Both the position numbers and the translations under genes were made by a program. A stretch of DNA of 43,643 nucleotides from Macrostomum lignano (lineage: Eukaryota): contig NIVC01000308.1 in the NCBI GenBank assembly GCA_002269645.1, forward strand, positions 1 to 43,643, written 5' to 3'. Position 1 is the stretch's first letter, and each line of letters starts with the position of its first letter. Positions 35,865 to 43,643 of this stretch are shown here, piece after piece. Below the pieces are notes generated by a model. It saw nothing but the letters and a program-made list of their open reading frames with translations. It did no database searches and had not been told where the DNA came from.

Positions 35865-36061
35865 GCATTTTGTTTTACTGCTTGGAGCCAAGCGAAGAGC
35901 ACGCCAAGTGCCTGGCCCTGGCACTCGAGAACGACGCAGACGTCAACTGGCCAGCTAAGGACGGTCGAACGGCCTTCTTTGCCGCCTGCGAGGTGGCCGC
36001 CGACAATCCGGAGGCGTGCAAGCGACTACTGGAGGCTGGAGCGATGGCGGAGGTGGCTCAG
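35865..36061 (+). CDS. ANKEF1: ANKEF1 exon 3
   Basis: S|ILFYCLEPSEEHAKC..LALENDADVN...G..AF..ACE. Acceptor CGTCAG, donor CAG|GTCTGG. Confidence 0.92.
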
Positions 36062-36111
36062 GTCTGGCCTCAGGGGCTGGGATGCGTCTTTTGGTTCAGG
36101 ATCGCTAGGCA

Positions 36112-36680
36112 TGATACCACAGGGTGTGGGATCATAGAGTGTTGGGATCATAGTGTGTTGGGATCATAATCGTGTGGGATAATAGGGTGTGGGATCATAG
36201 GGTGTGGGGTCATATGGTGTGGGATCATAGGTCGTGGGATCATCAGTTGTAGGTTCATAGGGTGTGAGATCAAAGGGTTGGATCAAAGGGTGCGAAATCA
36301 TCAGGCTTGGGATCATCAGTTGTGGGATCATTAGGTGTGGGATCATAGGGTGTGGGGTCATATGGTGTGGGATCATAGGGTGTGGGATCATAGGGTGTGG
36401 GATCATCAGGTGTGGGTTCATAGGGTGTGAGATCAAAGGGTTGGGATCATAGGGTGTGGGATCATAGGGTGCAAAATCATCAGGCTTGGGATCATCAGGT
36501 GTGGGATAATCAGGTGTGGGATCATCAGGCTTGGGATCATCAGGTTTGGAATTATCAGGTTTGGGATCATCAGGTGTGGGATCATTAGGTGTGGGATCAT
36601 CAGGTGTGGGATCATCAGGTGTGGGATAATCAGGTGTGGGATAATCAGGTGTGGGATAATCAGGTGTGGGATCATCATGT
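36112..36680. repeat. 15-bp minisatellite (GGGATCATCAGGTGT / GGGATCATAGGGTGT), ANKEF1 intron 3
   Basis: Period 15; explains the PTPYD/PTPDD ORFs. Confidence 0.92.
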
Positions 36681-36732
36681 GTATGATAGCTATAGAATAC
36701 CCGATTCCCCACTTCAAAAAACACCCAAACAG

Positions 36733-37077
36733 GTGGGCACCCGTCGCACCGCCCTGATGGCGGCGTGCGCCAGCGGCTCAGACGAGGTAGTGCTGGCGGC
36801 GCTGCTCCGAGGCGCTGACCCGAACAGCGCGGACCGGCAGGGCGGAACCCCGGCGCACCACGCGGCCAGAGCCGGCCATCTCGGCTGCCTGTTTCGACTG
36901 TCCGCTTTCGGCGCCGATTTTGATCGACTCGACGCCAAGCAGAACGGCGCCATTCATCTGGCGACGGCGGCCGGGCACGCCGGCTGCGTGAAATTCCTCG
37001 GCCAGAGAGGCACCAGCGCTGCCAAGGTCAAGAATGCCGACGGGAAAACCTTAAGACTGCTGGCTAAGGAGGCCAAG
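36733..37077 (+). CDS. ANKEF1: ANKEF1 exon 4
   Basis: RTALMAACASG..GADPN..D..G.TPAHHAARAGH..SAFGAD..QNGAIHLATAAGHAGCVKFLGQRG. 115 codons, phase 0/0. Confidence 0.93.
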
Positions 37078-37125
37078 GTGAGGCATTGCTCGAGAATGCG
37101 GCGTTTGAAAACTCTGTACTTAAAG

Positions 37126-38250
37126 ACAGCCCTTAGAGACACCACAGCCCTTAGAGACACCACAGCCCTTGGAGACACCACAGCCCCTAGAGACACAGAC
37201 ACTTGAAGCCACAGCCCTTGAAGACACAGACACTTGAAGACACAGCCCTTAGAGACACCACAGCCCTTAGAGACACCACAGCCCTTAGAGACACCACAGC
37301 CCTTAGAGACACCACAGCCCTTAGAGACACCACAGCCCTTAGAGACACAACAGCCCTTAGAGACACAACAGCCCTTAGAGACACCACAGCCCTTAGAGAC
37401 ACCACAGCCCTTAGAGACACCACAGCCCTTAGAGACACCACAGCCCTTAGAGACACAACAGCCCTTAGAGACACCACAGCCCTTAGAGACACCACAGCCC
37501 TTAGAGACACAGACACTTGAAGCCACAGCCCTTGAAGACACATACACATGAAGCCACAGCCCTTGAAGCCACAGCCCTTGAAGACACAGACACATGAAGC
37601 CACAGCCCTTGAAGACACAGACACATGAAGCCACAGCCCTTGAAGATACAGACACTTGAAGCCACAGTCCTTGAAGACACAGACACTTGAAGCCACAGCC
37701 CTTGAAGACACAGACACTTGAAGCCACAGTCCTTGAAGACACAGACACTTGAAGCCACAGCCCTTGAAGACACAGACACTTGAAGCCACAGCCCTTGAAG
37801 ACACAGACACTTGAAGCCACAGTCCTTGAAGATACAGACACTTGAAGCCACAGCCGTTGAAGATACAGACACTTGAAGCCACAGTCCTTGAAGACACAGA
37901 CACTTGAAGCCACAGCCCTTGAAGACACAGACACATGAAGCCACAGTCCTTGAAGACACAGACACTTGAAGCCACAGCCCTTGAAGACACAGACACTTGA
38001 AGCCACAGCCCTTGAAGACACAGACACATGAAGCCACAGTCCTTGAAGACACAGACACTTGAAGCCACAGCCCTTGAAGACACAGACACTTGAAGCCACA
38101 GCCCTTGAAGACACAGACACTTGAAGCCACAGCCCTTGAAGACACAGACACATGAAGCCACAGTCCTTGAAGACACAGACACTAGAAGCCACAGCCCTTG
38201 AAGACACAGACACTTGAAGCCACAGTCCTTGAAGACACAGCCCTTCGAGA
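37126..38250. repeat. Compound minisatellite: 18-bp (CACAGCCCTTAGAGACAC) grading into 31-bp (ACAGCCCTTGAAGACACAGACACTTGAAGCC), ANKEF1 intron 4
   Basis: 18-mer ~37126-37510; 31-mer ~37510-38250. Confidence 0.93.
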
Positions 38251-38418
38251 TATAGTCCTTAGAGACAGCTCAACACACACCTTGAAGGCAAACTTCAAGA
38301 CGAATAATCTCAACACAAAGCATAGTGCGCTCACTTCACTCTCTCACAGCAATAAGCAGCCAAAAGCACTCTTACAGGTGCACAGCCAAACTCGATCACC
38401 CACCCCACGTCCACGAAG

Positions 38419-38862
38419 GTCTCCAAAGCGTGCACGAAGGAAGTTCGCCGTGCCGAACGGATGAGCGGCAAACCGCGCGCTAAAAACAACGAGCTGTGGG
38501 CTCTGACCCTCTACGACTGGACTCTGGCGCGAGGCGAGGAGCTGAAAACTCGCTTACTAACCGAGTTCGATCCGGAGTCTACTGGGCAGGTGGCTCGCGA
38601 AGATTTTGTCCAAGTGCTTGGCATCATGGGCGCTCCTTGGACTCCGGATTGCGACAAAAAACTCGGACCGCTGTACGACAAAACCAAGAACAGCTCGTTC
38701 GATTACAAAGACTTCCTGTTGGGCAAAAAGTACATTGGCAAGCTCTACTTGGCCGCGGCTTTCGAGCCGAAAAAGAAGCGAGCCAAGAAAGGCAAAGGCG
38801 GCGGTCGGCGAAAGAAGAAAGCGAAGTATCCGTTCGAGATCTGCGTACTTCCGGACGAGCAG
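38419..38862 (+). CDS. ANKEF1: ANKEF1 exon 5 (EF-hand region)
   Basis: KEVRRAER..LWALTLYDW..FDPESTGQVAREDF (EF-hand-like)..GKKYIGKLYLAAAFEPKKK..PFEICVLP. Start 38419 (AAG acceptor) or the in-frame alternative 38386; donor CAG|GTGAGT. Confidence 0.88.
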
Positions 38863-38931
38863 GTGAGTTGAGCGAAGCTTGGCGCCGTTTATGGACAATG
38901 CATTTAGTGACCTTGGATAATCTAGCGAAGC

Positions 38932-39112
38932 TAGAGAGGCGCCGAAATCAAAGCTAGTAGAGAGGCGCCAAAATCAATGCTAGACAGGCGCCAAAATCAA
39001 AGCTAGACAGACGCTAAAACCAAAGCTAGACAGGCGCTAAAGTCAAAGCTAGACAGGCGCCAAAATCAAAGCTAGACAGACGCCAAAATCAAAGCTGTAC
39101 AGGGGCCAAAAT
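38932..39112. repeat. 23-bp minisatellite (GGCGCCAAAATCAAAGCTAGACA), ANKEF1 intron 5
   Basis: About 8 copies. Confidence 0.88.
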
Positions 39113-39166
39113 TCAAGTAAAAAGCAAGTCAAAGTCGATCTTTGTATCAACTTTACTACACATCAG

Positions 39167-39552
39167 GTGATGAGACCCGCGTACGGCGCCCCACCAGTGA
39201 TGTACGTGCCCCGTGCGGTCAGCCTGACGGACACCCAGCAGCATCAGCAGCGCTTTGAAGAGCAGCAACTGCAGCGAATGCCGGAGCTCTACCAGCTGGA
39301 GAAGCAGGCTGAGCTGTCCAGACCGCAGGCGAGCAGAAAACTGCAAGACGACTCTGTCTGGTATTCAACTCGATTAGCCAAAAGTTTCGTCAATTTAAAC
39401 GACTGCGCCAAACATGGCGATGTGGAATCGATACGGCTGGCCTTGCGCAAAGGCTACGGCACGGAGGTGGCTGACAAGTTGAGCAAGACGCCCCTGATGG
39501 TGGCTGCTCACTATGGGAATATTGATGTGGCCAAGTTTCTGCTGGAGGCTGG
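39167..39552 (+). CDS. ANKEF1: ANKEF1 exon 6
   Basis: GAPP..Y..LQDDSVWY..FVNLN...K.GDV..KTPLMVAAHYGNIDVAKFLLEAG. Acceptor CATCAG, donor GG|GTGAGT. Confidence 0.93.
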
Positions 39553-39589
39553 GTGAGTTCTTTGTTGCAATCCTTGTCTAGGGATCTTT

Positions 39590-40165
39590 TAGGAATGATT
39601 CTCTAGAGTCTATGGATTGATCCTCTAGAGTCTATAGATTGATCCTCTAGAGTCTATGGATTGATCCTCTAGAGTCTATAGATTGATCCTCTAGGGTCTA
39701 TGGATTGATCCTCTAGAGTCTATAGATTGATCCTCTAGAGTCTATAGATTGATCCTCTAGAGTCTATGGATTGATCCTCTAGAGTCTATAGATTGATCCT
39801 CTAGAGTCTATGGATTGATCCTCTAGAGTCTATAGATTGATCCTCTAGAGTCTATAGATTGATCCTCTAGAGTCTATGGATTGATCCTCTAGAGTCTATA
39901 GATTGATCCTCTAGAGTCTATAGATTGATCCTCTAGAGTCTATAGATTGATCCTCTAGGGTCTATAGGTTGATCTACTAGAGTCTATAGATTGGTCCACT
40001 AGAGTCTATAGATTGATCCTCTCGAATATATAAACTGATCCTCTTAGAGTCTATAGATTGATCCTCTAGAGTCTATAGATTGATCCTCTAGAGTCTATAG
40101 ATTGATCCTCTAGAGTCTATAGGTTGATCTACTAGAGTCTATAGATTGATCCTCTTAGAGTCTAC
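39590..40165. repeat. 22-bp minisatellite (GATTGATCCTCTAGAGTCTATA), ANKEF1 intron 6
   Basis: About 25 copies with internal palindrome CTCTAGAG. Confidence 0.94.
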
Positions 40166-40346
40166 TAAAATGATCCTTTATTAGAATCTATACATTGAGC
40201 CTAGAGTTTATAGTATAGTGAATTCTAAAGCTAAGATAATTCAATAAAACAATCCTGGCTACGCCCTTGACAAGACAGAAATCCCTTGTGGAACTTCTGC
40301 ATCCCATCTTACCTTCCTTCAAGCCACCTCATAAATACCCCAACAG

Positions 40347-40573
40347 AGCAGACGTCGCCGCCCGCGACAACTTCAAATGGACGCCGCTACACCACGCCTG
40401 CCACGCCGGCCACCTGGAGATGGCGGAGTTGCTGCTGAAGAGCGGCGCCCCAACCGAGGCTGTGGCGTTGAACGGCTCCACACCGCTGCTGAGAGCGATT
40501 GAAACTGCTAATCTGCAGCTGGTCGACCTGCTGCTGAAGTACGGAGCCAAGGCTTCGGTTGAGAATAAGATGG
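40347..40573 (+). CDS. ANKEF1: ANKEF1 exon 7
   Basis: G|ADV..RDNFKWTPLHHACHAGH..ALNGSTPLLRAIE..LLKYGAK..ENKMG. Acceptor CAACAG, donor G|GTGAGT. Confidence 0.93.
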
Positions 40574-40597
40574 GTGAGTTTTTTGTGTCAGAATTTA

Positions 40598-41300
40598 GAG
40601 GCGTCAGAAGCGTTAGTTGCGTCAGAAACTTTTAAGTTTTATCCTAAGAATCCAAGTTGTGTCAGAAGCTTTCAAGTTGTGTCCGAGGCTTCAAGTTGTG
40701 TCAGAAGCTTTAAAGTTGTGTCAGAAGCTTTAAAGTTGTGTCAGAAGCTTTTAAGTTGTGTCAGAAGCTTTCAAGTTGTATCAGAAGCTTCCAAGTTGTT
40801 TCAGCAGCATCCAAGTTGTGTCAGAAGCTTCCAAGTTGTGTCAGAAGCTTTCAAGTTGTGTCAGAAACTTTTAAGTTGTGTCAGAAACTTTTAAGTTGTG
40901 TCAGAAACTTTTAAGTTGTATCATAAAAATCCAAGTTGAGTCAGAAGCTTGGAGGTTGTGTCAGAAGCTTCCAATCTGTGTCAGAAGCTGTCAAGTTGTG
41001 TCAGAAGCTGTCAAGTTGTGTCAGAAGCTGTCAAGTTGTGTCAGAAGCTTCCAATTTGTGTCAGAAGCTGTCAAGTTGTGTCAGAAGCTGTCAAGTTGTG
41101 TCAGAAGCTGTCAAGTTGTGTCAGAAGCTTCCAATTTGTGTCAGAAGCTTGGAGGTTGTGTCAGAAGCTTCCAATTTGTGTCAGAAGCTTGGAGGTTGTG
41201 TCAGAAGCTTCCAATTTGTGTCAGAAGCTTCAAGTTGTTCAAAGGCTTTCAAGTTGTGTCAGAAGCTTTCAAGTTATGCCCGAGGCTTCCAAGTTGCGTC
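40598..41300. repeat. ~20-bp minisatellite (AAGTTGTGTCAGAAGCTT(T/C)(C)), ANKEF1 intron 7
   Basis: About 34 copies. Confidence 0.93.
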
Positions 41301-41406
41301 ACATACATCGAATTGTATAATTTGGCGTTGACGGAGATTCAGATAAAGAGAAATTAGTTTTATAATACTTTGATCCCAATTTTCTTCGTTATGCATTTTT
41401 TCACAG

Positions 41407-41537
41407 GCCAAATGATTCACGAAGTGGCTCAGAACTGGGGCGCTCCGAAGGTCGCGGATTTCATCAAGACCAAATTTCCCAAGATGACCGCCATCGATCC
41501 GAAAAAGAGGAAAACTGGAGGCGGAGCGAAAAGAAAG
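41407..41537 (+). CDS. ANKEF1: ANKEF1 exon 8 (later exons not identified in the window)
   Basis: G|QMIHEVAQNWGAPKVADFIK completes the last ankyrin repeat. Acceptor TTTTTCACAG, donor AAG|GTGAGA; unspliced read-through stops at 41579. Confidence 0.85.
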
Positions 41538-41818
41538 GTGAGAATTCGATTTGATTGGTTGAAGGAGTGGTGCGAGTGAAGACGATTTCTTAGAAAAATT
41601 TAGTTATTAGTTGCTATGGCTTCTCAGTGGGGAATAGAACTAGTAAATTTTGAGCTGAAAACCAAATGATTAATTATGATTGTCAAAAAACATTTCAGCG
41701 CTAAAGTCGGCTTTAACTTCGAGAGGCAGTCGGCAAAAATAACCGGTAAGAAAATGTCTGTTTCTGTTAGAAAAACAGCTCATGGTAGACTTTTAGCTGG
41801 CTTGAATTTTTGCACCTC

Positions 41819-42125
<307 letters not shown>

Positions 42126-42864
42126 CTGTTTACGGTATCCATCTAATTACCTGTATTAAAAACTCATTGGAAATTTTAACCAAGCTACATATACTACTAG
42201 TTAGGGACATTTTAAAGCACATTTTTATCTAGAAAAACTGCATTCCACAATGCCTAAAGGTCTAAAAAAATTACAGCTAGCCTAATCGCATTTCGAATTT
42301 CAGCCCCCGCCGCAAGAGCATCATGCCTTAATGTGCTAATTGAATTGTACAATTGTATATGATCATTGATACCTGATAACTGATATTATTTTTAAAGTAA
42401 TTGATAACTGATAACTGATATTATTTTTAAAGTAAATATTCCGCAAATCTTTTTTGAAACGTAAATAAGTGTACTTTTCAAAAAAATTACGCATAGCTCG
42501 TATAGTATAAACCTTAACTGATTATTTATAACAAAAAACTACAATGAGCATTTACCGACTACTGTGTTTCAAATGTAGAATAGAACTAATTGTTGTTCTC
42601 AACTGTATGCGGAAAACAAACTGAATTGATTGAGTACGTATTCTTTTTCAACTCGAATTCCGTTGCTTTAAACAAAACGAACTCTAAAATAAATGAAATT
42701 ACTTTTTTGTTAAAATAAATGAAATTATTTTTTGTTAAAATAAATGAAATTACTTCTTTATTAAAATCTAGCAAGTATTAACATTTTTTTGTTGACTTGA
42801 TTTAATTTATAATCACGGGCTACTCATGACGCATAAATTAAGTAGTACAATAGCTAAATCAATA

Positions 42865-43057
42865 AAGTGCGTGTTGACGAAATCATCAATCGTCTATGGC
42901 CAAGTGCGTGTTGACGAAATCATCAATCGTCTATGGCCCAAGTGCGTGTTGACGAAATCATCAATCGTCTATGGCCCAAGTGCGTGTTGACGAAATCATC
43001 AATCGTCTGTGGCCCAAGTGCGTGTTGACGAAATCATCAATCGTCTATGGCACAAGT
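42865..43057. repeat. 5 x 38-bp tandem repeat (AAGTGCGTGTTGACGAAATCATCAATCGTCTATGGCCC)
   Basis: Starts at 42865, 42902, 42940, 42978 and 43016. Confidence 0.93.
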
Positions 43058-43643
43058 CTGGCGACAAAAACCAGTTTTGAAACTCTAGATATACACGGCT
43101 GGCGCGAAGGTGGAAACTTTTCAATGTTGCTGAGTGTGGTTTTAAAGTTGTAATAGATTTATTTATACTTTTTAGCAAATTTTCACCATAGACAAAAGAA
43201 CATCAAATGATTTTAAATATACGAGGAGTACCGTACATTTCTGAAACTGCATTATTCAAGGACTACAGATTAAAGTATTTGTTCATCAAGTCACTTTGCT
43301 GCGTCAAATGACTGACACATATTTATGGTGGCCCAGACCACTACATGTACGTCCTTCAGGATGACGAAGAGGTCATTAAAAGAGTGGCTGCACGAGGTTA
43401 CTTTCACAACGCGAAATTTCTCTCAGCATCAGTGGCAGTAGCGGCGTAATATCGATCGTGACAACCTGTTTCAACGTGTCATACACCGGCGTCACCTGAT
43501 TAATCTGTCAAGGGTGAAGTCGTGCATACTCTCACAATTAATTGCGCTTCCGTCGTCTCATGCTCGATAAGTATCTTCCGATGCCTCTCACGGCTCCTTC
43601 TTTCACAAGCCGAGAGTACTCGTAAGTCACCGGTAGGACGAGG

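Noticed and set aside
39590-40165. GATCCTCTAGAGTC matches the pUC polylinker (BamHI-XbaI-SalI region)
   Set aside because: Only 14 nt, embedded in a diverged 22-bp tandem unit inside a phase-consistent intron, with no other vector sequence.
43260-43643. Higher-GC segment that looks coding (short frames on both strands)
   Set aside because: All frames are interrupted by stops and there is no match to the ANKEF1 C-terminus or any motif I recognise. Possibly a decayed TE; needs BLASTX.

Overview
Eukaryotic (animal) genomic DNA with GC-rich exons, AT-rich intergenic spacers and about 28 mini/microsatellite arrays, most of them intronic. The architecture suggests a flatworm such as Macrostomum, but that is inference only. 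Five spliced genes were reconstructed by hand from GT-AG junctions, phase continuity and family motifs: (1) the 3' part of an SLC6 Na+/Cl- transporter (+, ~2294-5740; 5' exons lie upstream of the window); (2) SLC37A3-like sugar-phosphate exchanger (-, 16329-13965, 3 exons); (3) MFSD1 (-, 23974-17562, 5 exons; exons 1 and 5 are absent from the ORF track); (4) FAM221B (-, 29827-27497, 3 exons); (5) ANKEF1 (+, from 32532, at least 8 exons, with a 1-nt frameshift in exon 1). Also present are a 5'-truncated RTE-like LINE inside an MFSD1 intronic array and a head-to-tail triplication of a 2173-bp unit (6967-12900). Most long ORFs in the supplied track are artefacts of stop-free repeats. The strongest leads are: three perfect heat-shock elements plus a TATA-like box (26032-26127) with no hsp gene, pointing at MFSD1 and facing a convergent bZIP/TATA promoter that lacks an ORF; two minisatellite families recurring 20-29 kb apart in nested inverted order; arrays in nearly every intron, several of which have AG|GT direct repeats at both ends; and a possible MFSD1-SLC37A3 lysosomal transporter operon.
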